This document shows positions 29,501-39,931 of a stretch of DNA of 64,000 bases, one piece after another. Origin of the DNA: an uncultured Gammaproteobacteria bacterium. GTDB lineage: Bacteria; Patescibacteriota; Microgenomatia; Levybacterales; UBA12049. Under the pieces are notes generated by a model. It ran no database searches and was not told the DNA's origin. It worked only from the letters and a program-made list of their open reading frames with translations. The stretch spans positions 2,803 to 66,802 of the forward strand of contig CAZERI010000001.1 of NCBI GenBank assembly GCA_964515545.1, in the 5' to 3' direction. Numbering within the stretch: the first letter of the stretch is position 1; each line of letters begins with the position of its first letter. Made by a program: the position numbers and the translations under genes.

Positions 29501-31726
29501 ATGCATCTTTTATTTTACTTAATAAGTTGGTTAGGCCTCTTCCTCATCACTATTGGTGATGTTGTTTTTGCTGTCATTTCAGTACTATTTTTTATCCTTT
29601 CAGTATTTTTTAAGTCAATAAAAAGAATTCTTGGCGGAATAACCACTGGCGTTAGAAAAAGCTTTTCACGTGTTGGCAGTCTATTAAGAAAGCCGCGAAC
29701 ATCCCCTCACTACATTCATAAAAATAAAACCCATAGCACGAAAAAGAAACACTATCAAACACTATCACCTATTCTGACTAAATTGCGTTACTTCTTCATC
29801 GGCTTTCTTTTCTCTGCCTTCTTCATTTTTCTCCCCCTCGTTATGTATGTGTTTCTCCAAGACTTACCTCATCCTAATGAATTGGTTACACGGCAAATTC
29901 CCCAGACTACCAAAATATACGATAGGCATGGAACACTCCTGTATGAGTTATATGCAAGCCAAAATCGTACCCTTGTCCCTCTTTCAAGTATTCCAAAGAC
30001 ACTTCAGCAGGCAACCCTCGCTATCGAAGATAAAAATTTCTATAAACATCCAGGTTTTGATATATCGTCAATTATCCGTGCATTAAAAGAAGATCATGAG
30101 GCAGGGAGAATTCTTCAAGGAGGATCCACTATCACCCAGCAATTGATTAAGTCTTCTATGCTTACCCCTGAACAGAGTATTACCAGAAAAGCTAAAGAAA
30201 TCATTCTAGCTTTTTGGGCTGAGAGAACCTACAGTAAAGATAAAATCTTAGAAATGTACTTCAATCAAGTCCCCTACGGCGGAACTGCATGGGGTATAGA
30301 GGCAGCATCGGAAACATATTTTGATAAGAGTGTGGCAGACCTAGATCTAGCACAAAGCGCCTTTTTAGCTGGCCTCACGCAATCTCCCACTACGTATTCT
30401 CCCTATGGTGAAAACCCAACATTATGGAAAAAGCGTCAAAAAGAAGTCCTTTCGCGTATGGTCGCCCTTAAATATATTACTGAAAAACAGGCTAAAGAAG
30501 CTGAAAAAGAACAGTTAGAATTTAGCCGGAATCAAGACGCTTTTAAAGCACCTCATTTTGTTAATTATGTCAAAGATTATCTGGTTAAAAAATACGGTCT
30601 TGCCATGGTTGAAAAAGGCGGACTACATGTTATAACAAGCCTTGACTTACCACTCCAAAATAAAGTGCAGGAAATCGTCAGAGAGGAAGTCAACAAAGAT
30701 GCGTATCTTAATTTAACTAATGGCGCAGCAGTTGTATCAGATCCAAAAAATGGCGATATTTTAGCCATGGTTGGAAGTAAGGATTTTAATGACCCAAATG
30801 GTGGTAATGTCAATGTAACGACCTCTCTTCGTCAACCTGGATCTTCTATAAAACCCGTTACCTATAGCGCTGCTTTGTCTAACGGCTTTACTGCAGCCTC
30901 AATCCTCGATGATTCTCCAGTAAGTTTTCCTACTGGAAGCGGAACATACAGTCCCGTTAACTATGATGGTAAATTCCATGGAAAAATTTCTTTACGATTG
31001 TCACTTGCTAACTCTTTAAATATTCCTGCCGTAAAAACCTTACAAGCAGTCGGTGTACCAACTATGGTTCATTTAGCACGAGATATGGGAGTGAAGAACT
31101 GGGATCCAGATGGAGATTATGGTCTATCAATAACCCTAGGGGCTGCTGAGGTAACTATGCTTGATATGGTAACAGTAAATGGAACACTTGCAAATGGAGG
31201 AAAGCGGGTCGATCTTAACCCTATTCTTAAAATTACTAACTTCAAAGGAGAAGTCTTAGATGATAAAAAAACTATCCCCTCCCGACAAATCTTACAGCCA
31301 GGCGTTGCGTATATTATTTCAAGTATTCTTTCAGACAATACAGCTCGGTCTATGGAATTTGGCCCTAATTCTCCTCTTAATATTCCAGGCCACACAGTGT
31401 CTGTTAAGACAGGTACCACTGATAACAAACGTGATAATTGGACAAACGGCTATACCCCCGATTATGTTGTAAGTGTATGGGTAGGCAATAATGATAACAG
31501 CCCTATGAGCCAAGCACTCGCCTCAGGTATTACTGGTGCTGCACCGATCTGGAATCGGATTATGACTCTTCTTCTGAGTAATAAACCTGATAATAAGATA
31601 CCTATGCCTGATGATATTATTGGCATTCCCTGCAACGGAAGAACTGAGTATTTCCTCAAAGGCACTGAATCCACCGCAAATTGTAGGCAATTCTTTTTTA
31701 CGTCTACTCCCAAGCCGAGTCGCTAG
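29501..31726 (+). CDS. class A penicillin-binding protein, second paralog
   Basis: Same GT51 (LAIEDKNFYKHPGFD, GGSTITQQL) and TP (SSIKP, SLN, KTGTT) motifs. About 45 percent identical to the PBP at 26177. Confidence 0.9.
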   Translation: MHLLFYLISWLGLFLITIGDVVFAVISVLFFILSVFFKSIKRILGGITTGVRKSFSRVGSLLRKPRTSPHYIHKNKTHSTKKKHYQTLSPILTKLRYFFIGFLFSAFFIFLPLVMYVFLQDLPHPNELVTRQIPQTTKIYDRHGTLLYELYASQNRTLVPLSSIPKTLQQATLAIEDKNFYKHPGFDISSIIRALKEDHEAGRILQGGSTITQQLIKSSMLTPEQSITRKAKEIILAFWAERTYSKDKILEMYFNQVPYGGTAWGIEAASETYFDKSVADLDLAQSAFLAGLTQSPTTYSPYGENPTLWKKRQKEVLSRMVALKYITEKQAKEAEKEQLEFSRNQDAFKAPHFVNYVKDYLVKKYGLAMVEKGGLHVITSLDLPLQNKVQEIVREEVNKDAYLNLTNGAAVVSDPKNGDILAMVGSKDFNDPNGGNVNVTTSLRQPGSSIKPVTYSAALSNGFTAASILDDSPVSFPTGSGTYSPVNYDGKFHGKISLRLSLANSLNIPAVKTLQAVGVPTMVHLARDMGVKNWDPDGDYGLSITLGAAEVTMLDMVTVNGTLANGGKRVDLNPILKITNFKGEVLDDKKTIPSRQILQPGVAYIISSILSDNTARSMEFGPNSPLNIPGHTVSVKTGTTDNKRDNWTNGYTPDYVVSVWVGNNDNSPMSQALASGITGAAPIWNRIMTLLLSNKPDNKIPMPDDIIGIPCNGRTEYFLKGTESTANCRQFFFTSTPKPSR

Positions 31727-32378
31727 CGGTAGTAAGAAGCTGGTGATAGCGAGCCTCTGGATTTTCTCCAAAAAGGAAACTCGTGCTTACAAAACGACTT
31801 GCTCCCGCCTGCAAACCTTGCTTTATTGTATGAGTATTAATTCCCCCATCTATCTCAACAGGAAAAAGACCCTCCTCAGCTACTTCCCTGACCTTTCCCA
31901 GATGTTCCGGTATAAATGTCTGGCCAGAAAAACCAGCATTAATTGTCATAATGAGCACAGTATCTAAGTCCTGATGGCTTACTTTGATCTGATCAAGACT
32001 TGTCTTTCCATCAACAGCGAGACCGACTTGACCCATATTTTCTGCCCGCGCCACAAAGCTAGCCTGGTTACTCATCTTTTCAATATGGCCAATAAAACGC
32101 CGAAATCCTGCTTTGCTCCACTCTTCAAGGTAAGCTTCCGGCTCCTCAACCATCATGTGTAACTCAAAGAGCATGTCTTGGGTGTATTTGGCAAAAGGTT
32201 TGGGGTCTAAAAAAGTCTCCTGAGGAGCGAATTTGCCATCACAGATATCAATATGGACACTTTTGGCAAAAGGCTTTATAAGTTCTATCTTTTTCTCATT
32301 TGAAGCCCAGTCTTTTTCAGAGATACCAATACCGGGGAGAATATCAATCATGGTTTTCAAGCTCCATTGTTTTGGCAA
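31704..32378 (-). CDS. rpe: ribulose-phosphate 3-epimerase
   Basis: HIDICDGKFAP, LHMMVEEP, MTINAGFSGQ, EIDGGIN. Confidence 0.9.
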   Translation of the reverse strand: MPKQWSLKTMIDILPGIGISEKDWASNEKKIELIKPFAKSVHIDICDGKFAPQETFLDPKPFAKYTQDMLFELHMMVEEPEAYLEEWSKAGFRRFIGHIEKMSNQASFVARAENMGQVGLAVDGKTSLDQIKVSHQDLDTVLIMTINAGFSGQTFIPEHLGKVREVAEEGLFPVEIDGGINTHTIKQGLQAGASRFVSTSFLFGENPEARYHQLLTTASDSAWE

Positions 32379-32787
32379 TACGTCTGATAAATCTTTCCTC
32401 GGGGGAAAACTCTGTATTCAAAAAGGCTTTGACAATATCTACGGCCTCATCTTGAGAGATAAAATCTGACGGCAGAGCAAGAACATTAAGATCATCATCA
32501 TGACGGCTGGCTCTTGCTTCTTCACTAGAATGACAAACACTGCACCTAATTCCATTTATTTTATTAGCTGCGATACACACTCCTGCTCCGCTTCCACAAA
32601 TTAAAATTCCTCGCGCATCTTTATCACTTGCTACTTTCTGTCCCACAAGTGCTGCAAAATCGACGGCATCATCTTGAGGAGCATACTCGTAAGCTCCCAT
32701 ATCCATAACATCATGACCAGTTAATGTATCTTTTAAAAATTCTTTGAGTTGATACCCTCTATGATCTGCACCTAGATAAATATTCAT
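32344..32787 (-). CDS. rpiB: ribose-5-phosphate isomerase B
   Basis: MNIYLGADHRGYQLKEFL ... ILICGSGAGVCIAANK. 147 aa. Confidence 0.9.
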   Translation of the reverse strand: MNIYLGADHRGYQLKEFLKDTLTGHDVMDMGAYEYAPQDDAVDFAALVGQKVASDKDARGILICGSGAGVCIAANKINGIRCSVCHSSEEARASRHDDDLNVLALPSDFISQDEAVDIVKAFLNTEFSPEERFIRRIAKTMELENHD

Positions 32788-33725
32788 CGTTGTTCTAACT
32801 CCTCAAGAGTTAATAATCCTTTCTGTGAACCGATCTTACTAATAACTGACGCTGCATTATGAGTTCCCCACCTCATACACTCAGCAATTGTCTTTTTCTT
32901 AAGATAAGCTGCTAAAAATCCTGCTGCGTATGCATCTCCAGCTCCTGTTCGTTCGACGACTGGAATATGTAACGCTTCTTTGTGATATATACTACCACGT
33001 TCATCAATACAGTACGAGCCCTTTTCTCCATCGGTAATGACAACGATACGTGGTCCTTTATCTTTCAAGAGCGGTAATAATTCCTTGGCGTCTTCTTTCC
33101 TAGTGGCGATCTTTTCTGCTTCCTCTTTATTAATAAATAGAATAGTCGTAAGAGGCAAGAGAAAGGAGAATGTAGTAACTCCATCCTTAAACTGCAGAGA
33201 GCCAGGATTGAATGCCAAAACCGTTTCATGCTCTTTTGCAACAAAGTGAGCAATTCTCTCGTATACATGCGTCCATGTATGTCCGAGGGAGGTAAGATAG
33301 ATAAGATCAGTCTTAATCGTATCAAAAAAGAAAGGATGCTCTCTTTCCTGATGCTCAACAAAGAGTGTCCGCTCTCCTTGGAAGTTAATTCCGATACTAA
33401 AGGATGACTGCCCTTTATTACGAATAATGTGAGATAAATCTACTTTTTCTTCTTTTAATCCATTAAGTATCTTTTCTGAGAACTCATCTGTTGCTAGCTC
33501 CGCAACTAGCGCTGTAGTAAAACCTGCACGTCTTAACCCAACCCCTACATTACATGCATTACCACCCAGCAAAAATTCAGATGAGCTCAGAAGGATTTTT
33601 TGACCATATGGAACGCCTAATAAGCGTTCAGGTTTATTAAGTTTGATCGTATGATCGTTATCTTGGAGCGTAAGGAATGCATCAATTACTGCATTACCCA
33701 CAGTGATACAGTCGAATGTGGACAT
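32784..33725 (-). CDS. PfkB-family carbohydrate kinase (ribokinase/fructokinase-like)
   Basis: GGNACNVGVGL N-terminal motif. TGAGDAYAAGFL C-terminal PfkB signature. Confidence 0.85.
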   Translation of the reverse strand: MSTFDCITVGNAVIDAFLTLQDNDHTIKLNKPERLLGVPYGQKILLSSSEFLLGGNACNVGVGLRRAGFTTALVAELATDEFSEKILNGLKEEKVDLSHIIRNKGQSSFSIGINFQGERTLFVEHQEREHPFFFDTIKTDLIYLTSLGHTWTHVYERIAHFVAKEHETVLAFNPGSLQFKDGVTTFSFLLPLTTILFINKEEAEKIATRKEDAKELLPLLKDKGPRIVVITDGEKGSYCIDERGSIYHKEALHIPVVERTGAGDAYAAGFLAAYLKKKTIAECMRWGTHNAASVISKIGSQKGLLTLEELEQR

Positions 33726-33737
33726 AGTGAGATAGGA

Positions 33738-34307
33738 TTATTCTGTTCCTACTATCACTATAGCATCTGAGTCTGCAGTTTCAGCAAGTGTCTGGATTTT
33801 AGGATCGACACTATAATCAGCAGATAAATCAGCCTTAAGCTGAGATGCAAATTGATTTTTGCTCTTTTTAATTTGAATTACTGTCTGGGTATAATCAAAC
33901 GTCTCAGCATTTCCGGTAGAAGTAACTGTATACCCTGCATTTTTAAGAAGGGTTGCCACCTTACCTGCCTGACCCGAGACACCTGAACCATTAAGGACTT
34001 CGATCTCAAGAGATTTAGTAGTGGTAGTCGGAGTTACTTTTCCTGAAGGAGTAGGAGTCACTTTTCCACTTGGTGTTGCTGAAAGCTCTGGCGTAGGGGT
34101 GGGAGTAGCTTCGATAGTCGGAGTTGGAGTCGGCGTTGGAGTAGGTATCGGGGTAGCCTTCTGTGAGAGAAAATAATTACCGGCAAAAATAGCTGCACCT
34201 ATAATAAGAATAAAAAGGATAACATAGATAAAAGCTTTTCGCTTGGGCGAAGATGCTTGCCGGGGAGAAGAATTAAAATTGCTTAAATTGCTAAATTGGT
34301 TGTCCAT
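33738..34307 (-). CDS. LytR_C (LytR cell-envelope-related attenuator C-terminal) domain protein with PT-rich linker
   Basis: TM anchor, TPTPTPT linker, then LEIEVLNGSGVSGQAGKVATLLKNAGYTVTSTGNA. Confidence 0.6.
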   Translation of the reverse strand: MDNQFSNLSNFNSSPRQASSPKRKAFIYVILFILIIGAAIFAGNYFLSQKATPIPTPTPTPTPTIEATPTPTPELSATPSGKVTPTPSGKVTPTTTTKSLEIEVLNGSGVSGQAGKVATLLKNAGYTVTSTGNAETFDYTQTVIQIKKSKNQFASQLKADLSADYSVDPKIQTLAETADSDAIVIVGTE

Positions 34308-34423
34308 ATAATCTTTTCGTGCCTTAAATCACCAATGAGTTTAGCATACTTTTACATTTTTGCAACTTGAGCTTAAATTTACTCCTATAATAGTAGAGCT
34401 TAATTATTTGCTATAATGGGTAG

Positions 34424-36172
34424 ATGCCCAAGCTCCAGCGTTTTCTACTGTTTATCTTTTCGGTTATTTTAATCGTTGCTTCGCTTCCTGTTCCTCGCTC
34501 CTATTCTGATGAGCTTGATGATATCAATAAGCAAATAAATGAGTTGACGACTGCACTTAATGAATCAGTGGCAGCCACAAAACCTCTTGAGTCTCAACTC
34601 AATGCAATGCAGTCACAGGTTCAAGGCATTAAGAATCGAGTAAGTGCAATTGAGGCAGATATGGTTGTAAAGAAAAAAAATATCGATAATGGTTATAAAG
34701 ATCTAACGGCTAAAGAGCAGCTTCTTAACCAAACTGTTAGAGACTACTATATTAAAAGTTATTACAATACTCCTCTTCAGCTCTTCTTCTCTGCAGGCTC
34801 TGCCTCAGAAATAACCCAAATTTTGGCTTACCAGCGGGCCAAAACTAATCAAGATAAGAGTGTCATTACTAGTATCGCACTTACTATTACTGATCTGGAA
34901 CAACGTAAAATAGCCTTAGAGGATGAACAAAAGCGCCTCGTATCCTTAAAGGCAACGCTGGATGAACAAACGAAAAAATTAGCCAGCATTGTCGGTGGAG
35001 CTAAGGCCTACCAAAGCCAACTTAATTCTAAAATTGCAGCTCTTACCGCAGAACAGCAGCAATTCATCGCACAAAAACAAGGCACTCTTAATATCCCAAC
35101 CTCTGCCTATACCACTCAAGGAGGATGTTCAAGCGACTTAACCAATGGTAAGGATCCAGGCTTTAGTCCCCGCTTTGCTCTCTTTACCTATGGCGTTCCT
35201 CACCGAGTTGGAATGAGTCAATATGGAGCAAAAGGCCGAGCTGAAGCGGGACAGAACTACCAAGCCATTCTCTCTGCTTATTTTCCTAACACATCTTTTG
35301 GAAGTATCGATCAAGGAACACAGATCCATGTTAAAGGAACAAATGAATATGGACAAAGCTTTGATGATACCTGGAATATAGAAGAATACACCAAGCATAT
35401 CTATGAGATTCCTGCGAGCTGGCCTGGAGAGACGCTTAAAGCACAAGCAATCGCAGCACGTACCTATGGATACAAGATACAAAAAGATAAAGGCTACGTC
35501 TTACCTTCCCAATCGGATCAGGTAGTAAAGAAAGAACTTAATGCTGATTCCTGGATCCAGGCAGTAAATGCTACTGCTGGCCAAATCCTTACCTATAATG
35601 GAGAGCCTATCCAAGCCTGGTTCTCCTCAACTGCAGGAGGTTATACCTTCAGCAGTGGCAGTGTCTGGGGTAGTGACAAACCATGGACCAAGAATGGACC
35701 TGACGCTAATGGCGGGATCAACAGCTGGAGTGATCTTACCAATAACGCCTATGATAAGCAGTCTCCTTGGTTTTACTGCGACTGGGGCGGTAGGAGTCAG
35801 TATAGCGGGACAGCCTGGCTGAAAAGCGATGAGCTTGCAGATATTGCCAACGTCATCTTGCTCGCCCGAAAAGACTCTGGAACTCGCGACCATCTGTACC
35901 AGACTGATAAATCCAATCCCAAAGGGACAGATACTTGGGATGCAAATCGTGTCAAACAGGAGCTAAAAAATCGAGGAGGAAGTCCTTATAACTCTATATC
36001 TGGAGGATCCGTAAGTCCAAACTTCGGATCAGGTACTACATCTTCTATAACACTAAATGGTGATGCCGGCTCAACTACTTTCGATGGGAATGAATTTAAG
36101 AATTTCTTTAATTTAAGAGCTCCTGCTAATATCAATATTGTTGGCCCTCTCTTTAACCTTGAGCAGCGCTGA
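34424..36172 (+). CDS. SpoIID/LytB-domain protein with N-terminal coiled coil (peptidoglycan remodelling)
   Basis: GVPHRVGMSQYGAKGRAEAG and TLKAQAIAARTYGY are the SpoIID/LytB signatures. EnvC-like coiled-coil N-terminus. Confidence 0.75.
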   Translation: MPKLQRFLLFIFSVILIVASLPVPRSYSDELDDINKQINELTTALNESVAATKPLESQLNAMQSQVQGIKNRVSAIEADMVVKKKNIDNGYKDLTAKEQLLNQTVRDYYIKSYYNTPLQLFFSAGSASEITQILAYQRAKTNQDKSVITSIALTITDLEQRKIALEDEQKRLVSLKATLDEQTKKLASIVGGAKAYQSQLNSKIAALTAEQQQFIAQKQGTLNIPTSAYTTQGGCSSDLTNGKDPGFSPRFALFTYGVPHRVGMSQYGAKGRAEAGQNYQAILSAYFPNTSFGSIDQGTQIHVKGTNEYGQSFDDTWNIEEYTKHIYEIPASWPGETLKAQAIAARTYGYKIQKDKGYVLPSQSDQVVKKELNADSWIQAVNATAGQILTYNGEPIQAWFSSTAGGYTFSSGSVWGSDKPWTKNGPDANGGINSWSDLTNNAYDKQSPWFYCDWGGRSQYSGTAWLKSDELADIANVILLARKDSGTRDHLYQTDKSNPKGTDTWDANRVKQELKNRGGSPYNSISGGSVSPNFGSGTTSSITLNGDAGSTTFDGNEFKNFFNLRAPANINIVGPLFNLEQR

Positions 36173-36222
36173 TCTCCCTTTTATGCAGCCAGCTTATTGA
36201 TAAGGTATAATACAGAGGATTT

Positions 36223-36882
36223 ATGGTCAATCTCTATACAGCTGATGAACCTCTGCCCAAAGTAAAACCTAACGCCCATTCTGTATCTTCTCCTGAAGGG
36301 GCTCCAGGACAAGTCAAACTCGGCAAGAATGAACCTCATATACTAGCCAGTTTTCATGAAAATCCTGAAGGGATACGGTTTGCCAACCAAGATTCAGGGG
36401 AAGAGGTCCTGCTGTTCCTCCGTCGCCACTATGTAACTAACCTCTCGTGGCAGATCTCAACTATCATTTTTGTAATATTGCCACTCCTCGCATTTGCCAC
36501 TTTCCCTTACCTCAACCTATCCCTTCCTATTGAAATCCCTTCTAAATACATCCTTATCTTAGTCCTTTTCTACTATCTTATTGTCTTTGGTTATGCCTTT
36601 GTCAGCTTTGTTGTCTGGTTTTATAATGTCGGAATTATCTCCAATCATCGTGTTATTGATATTGATATCAATGGGATTAGCTCAAAAGATGTAGCTGCTA
36701 CTGAACTCAAGGATATTATTGATATTTCCTACAAACAAGCCGGATTAAAACAAAGTCTTTTTGATTATGGGGACGTATTTATGGAGACTGAAGCAGAAAA
36801 ACCCAACTTCGAATTTATCAATGTCCCCCATCCTGCTAAAGTAACTGATCTTATTACTAGACTTAATGTTAACAACCGATGA
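36223..36882 (+). CDS. bPH_2 (bacterial PH domain, YdbS/YdbT-like) membrane protein
   Basis: TM hairpin followed by SNHRVIDIDINGISSKDVAATELKDIIDISYKQAGLKQSLFDYGDVFMETEAE, the bPH_2 pattern. Confidence 0.55.
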   Translation: MVNLYTADEPLPKVKPNAHSVSSPEGAPGQVKLGKNEPHILASFHENPEGIRFANQDSGEEVLLFLRRHYVTNLSWQISTIIFVILPLLAFATFPYLNLSLPIEIPSKYILILVLFYYLIVFGYAFVSFVVWFYNVGIISNHRVIDIDINGISSKDVAATELKDIIDISYKQAGLKQSLFDYGDVFMETEAEKPNFEFINVPHPAKVTDLITRLNVNNR

Positions 36883-37112
36883 TGACACTACCTACCTTTG
36901 CTTTTGATATTGCATTACTGATTAAGCTTCTTTTCCTTGTAATTATAGGTTTGTATGTCCTATTCGTTTTTATTGTTTTTACCAATGTCCGATCATTAAC
37001 AAAGCTTGTGCTGATTAAAAGCTCATCAGGATCTCAGCTGATTACTCTTCTGACATTGATTTACTTAGTACTCACGATTTTCCTTTTTATCCTTGCACTT
37101 GTTATACTATAG
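36879..37112 (+). CDS. small 2-TM membrane protein, hypothetical
   Basis: 77 aa, two hydrophobic helices. Overlaps the upstream stop (coupled). Confidence 0.4.
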   Translation: MMTLPTFAFDIALLIKLLFLVIIGLYVLFVFIVFTNVRSLTKLVLIKSSSGSQLITLLTLIYLVLTIFLFILALVIL

Positions 37113-37116
37113 TGGC

Positions 37117-38928
37117 ATGAGCGGGACAAATTTAAGTTTTGCCAAAGTAGTTGCAACTCCAACTTCCGCCAGCTGGTCACAAGCCTACAATGCTGGAAGT
37201 CTTTTTATTGTTCTCTCGCTCTCAAGTGATAAAGAGGAATTACAGCAAGAATTACCTCAAAAAGGCAAACAAATCCTTACCAACTTAGAAGTAGAGTTCT
37301 TCGGGCTGGAAGAGAAAACGATTGAATCTATCAAGAAAGCTATTGCTACTTCGCTTGGTGAACTTGATGAAGAGATTGTTCTCTCTCTTAGTCTTACTTA
37401 TTGTAAGGATGATGCCTTGTATTGCTTTATCGTAGGAAATGGCCGTATTACTCTTAAAAGAGGCGACAAGGTAGGGGTTATTTTAGAAGAACTTGATGCG
37501 TCTGGACGTGATATGAGAAGTTCTTCAGGCTACCTGGAAACTGATGATTTGATTCTCATCCAGACTTCACAGTTTGCAGAAAGCGTGCCAGCCAAAATAA
37601 TTGGAGAGGCTCTTGATAATACGCTTCCTAATGATATCGCTGAAACAATTTCTCCTAGTGTTCATGGAGGAGATGAAGGCGGTGCTTCAGCAATTATTCT
37701 CTCCTATAAAGGCATGGTACACACCCTTGATGAAGAGACTTTCGAAAAAGATGAGCCAGAGAGTCCGCCTATGGCGACCCCTGAGACTACTCCCCGTTTC
37801 CCAATCAATCAGCCCCCTGATTTAACAAAAGATATTCCTGAGCGTACCTCTCAGATAGATCGTCCCGAGGCTTCTCAAGAAATTGACGAAGAATCAGAAT
37901 CCTCTTCCCGGTTGGGTTCTCTCTTTGACCGCCTCCCTCATATTCCAAGCTATCGCCTACCCCGCCAAAAAAAGCTTCTCCTAGGTGTTACGTTTCTTTT
38001 AGTAGGACTATTAATCGTGAGTATTTTTGTTGTTCAGAGACATAGCCAATCGAATAAAGATCATGCACTATTTGTCCAATTATATAACTCAGCAAAAAAA
38101 GACTATGACGAAGGAGAAGGTCTTCTCTCACTTAATAAAACACTCGCACTTGATGACTATAAATCTGCTAAAACCACTCTGGACCGTGCTTCGGGAAAAT
38201 TCAAGCTAGGTTCACAAGATGCCCAACAGATAGCTGAACTAACAGCTAAGGTTGATGCGAGACTCAATGAATTAAGTGGCTCAACTGCGTCGTCTGTCAG
38301 TGAAGTAAAGGCAGACTCAGCTCCTGTCCTTAAAGCACTACTTGATGAACCTACACTTCTGGGAGCAACGAAGGAAGACGGTATCGTCTATACTCTCTCA
38401 AGCAAGTCTATCTCCAATGATTCAAAAGAACTTATTAAAAATGATAATGACTGGAAAAACGCCAAAGCATTAGGTACCTTTTCCGGGAATTTCTACGTCC
38501 TAGATCAGAAGGAAGGACTTCTTAAATTTGTTCCTGCGGGAGATGGCTATGCAACCTCTACCTATTTCAAGGAAGATAACCCTGATTTAAGTAACGCTAT
38601 TAGTATGGCAATTGATAGTTCAATCTATATCCTTTTTAGCAATGGAGAGCTTTCAAAATATACTAAAGGGGTAAAGGATAGCTTTACGATAAGCGGTGTA
38701 ACCAAACCATTCTCATCTCCCAAAAATATCTATACCTCTCCAGAGATTGAAAATCTTTATGTACTAGACTCCACTAACTCGCGCATCGTCAAGCTGGATA
38801 AAGCAGGCACTTTTGTTGCTGAATATACCTCTGATACTCTCAAAAACACCAAAGCCATTACTATTAGTGATGATGAGAAGACAGCCTATCTTCTCTCAGG
38901 CAATAAGATCTATAAACTTCCGCTCTAA
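37117..38928 (+). CDS. hypothetical membrane protein (central TM; C-terminal beta-rich extracytoplasmic domain)
   Basis: Start set at MSGTNLSF. TM LLLGVTFLLVGLLIVSIFVV. No confident domain match. Confidence 0.5.
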   Translation: MSGTNLSFAKVVATPTSASWSQAYNAGSLFIVLSLSSDKEELQQELPQKGKQILTNLEVEFFGLEEKTIESIKKAIATSLGELDEEIVLSLSLTYCKDDALYCFIVGNGRITLKRGDKVGVILEELDASGRDMRSSSGYLETDDLILIQTSQFAESVPAKIIGEALDNTLPNDIAETISPSVHGGDEGGASAIILSYKGMVHTLDEETFEKDEPESPPMATPETTPRFPINQPPDLTKDIPERTSQIDRPEASQEIDEESESSSRLGSLFDRLPHIPSYRLPRQKKLLLGVTFLLVGLLIVSIFVVQRHSQSNKDHALFVQLYNSAKKDYDEGEGLLSLNKTLALDDYKSAKTTLDRASGKFKLGSQDAQQIAELTAKVDARLNELSGSTASSVSEVKADSAPVLKALLDEPTLLGATKEDGIVYTLSSKSISNDSKELIKNDNDWKNAKALGTFSGNFYVLDQKEGLLKFVPAGDGYATSTYFKEDNPDLSNAISMAIDSSIYILFSNGELSKYTKGVKDSFTISGVTKPFSSPKNIYTSPEIENLYVLDSTNSRIVKLDKAGTFVAEYTSDTLKNTKAITISDDEKTAYLLSGNKIYKLPL

Positions 38929-38957
38929 TTTACAATCTCTTCCTGATCCTCTATCAT

Positions 38958-39401
38958 ATGCTCATGAAAATAAGTAATAAACGTGCCTATTATGATTACG
39001 AACTCATGGAGACTTTTGAGGCTGGGATCAATCTTCAAGGCCAAGAAGTAAAAGCAGTCAGGGAGGGTCATGCCGACCTTACAGGCAGTTTTGCCAGAAT
39101 CGTCGGCAGTGAAGCATATCTAGTCAATGCCAAGATCTTTCCCTATGAATATGCGAGGACTTCAGACTATGATCAAAATCGAACAAGAAAATTACTCCTT
39201 CATAAGAAGCAGATCATCAGTATCAAGGCTAAAACAGACGGCTCAAACTTGACAATCGTGCCTGTTTCATTGTATACTACGCGTAATCTCATTAAGGTCG
39301 AACTCGCACTTGGAAAGTCACGAAAACAATTTAACAAGCGCGAACAGAAAAAACGGCGAGATTTGGACCGAGAGACACAAGCTCTCCTCAAATCCCGCTA
39401 A
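38958..39401 (+). CDS. smpB: SsrA-binding protein SmpB
   Basis: KRAYYDYELMETFEAGINLQGQEVKAV ... typical SmpB. tmRNA is immediately downstream. Confidence 0.9.
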   Translation: MLMKISNKRAYYDYELMETFEAGINLQGQEVKAVREGHADLTGSFARIVGSEAYLVNAKIFPYEYARTSDYDQNRTRKLLLHKKQIISIKAKTDGSNLTIVPVSLYTTRNLIKVELALGKSRKQFNKREQKKRRDLDRETQALLKSR

Positions 39402-39465
39402 AGATCTTAATTTAAAATCAGTATTCGCTTATGCTCTTTGAGACCGGAACGCTTGAAGAGTATAA

Positions 39466-39885
39466 GGGGATGAACTGATTCGACGAGATCTGTACTTTAA
39501 AAACTGCAAGCCGACATTGATTAGCTGTCGTAAAACATGATCAAAAAAATAAATGCTAAAAATAGCATTGAAGCTTTAAGAGCTGAGAAGGATGCGATTC
39601 TCGCAGAACTTCAATCTCTTACTGCTCCTCGCGCTTACGCTTTCGCAGCTTAAGAGCATATGAGGTGTCTTTCTGGTCTTTCTTAACGGGATCTTAAAGG
39701 CATAATATAAGTTGAGTGATGTCATAAAGTTTGGTTTGGCTTTGTGACTAATCTTAAGCAAACCTAGATGAAGTTATACCTGTTCGTTGGTTACGGCTTC
39801 ACCACACTTATGAACGGACTACGCTTGTAGATGTTTTTAATTTACTTTTTCGGACTCCGGATCACACCCGGACATCTCCACACCA
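39466..39885 (+). ncRNA. ssrA: tmRNA (SsrA)
   Basis: 5' GGGGATGAACTGATTCGACG consensus. Internal tag reading frame ...GCTCCTCGCGCTTACGCTTTCGCAGCTTAA (...APRAYAFAA*, stop at 39651-39653). 3' tRNA-like end with T-arm TCCGG-ATCACAC-CCGGA and acceptor CATCTCC pairing GGGGATG, then ACCA. Confidence 0.85.
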
Positions 39886-39888
39886 AAA

Positions 39889-39913
39889 GCCACTTGGAAA
39901 CAAGTGGTTTTTT
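39889..39913 (+). terminator. rho-independent terminator after tmRNA
   Basis: GCCACTTG-GAAA-CAAGTGG followed by TTTTTT. Confidence 0.75.
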
Positions 39914-39931
39914 ATTTGCTATACTGAGCTA

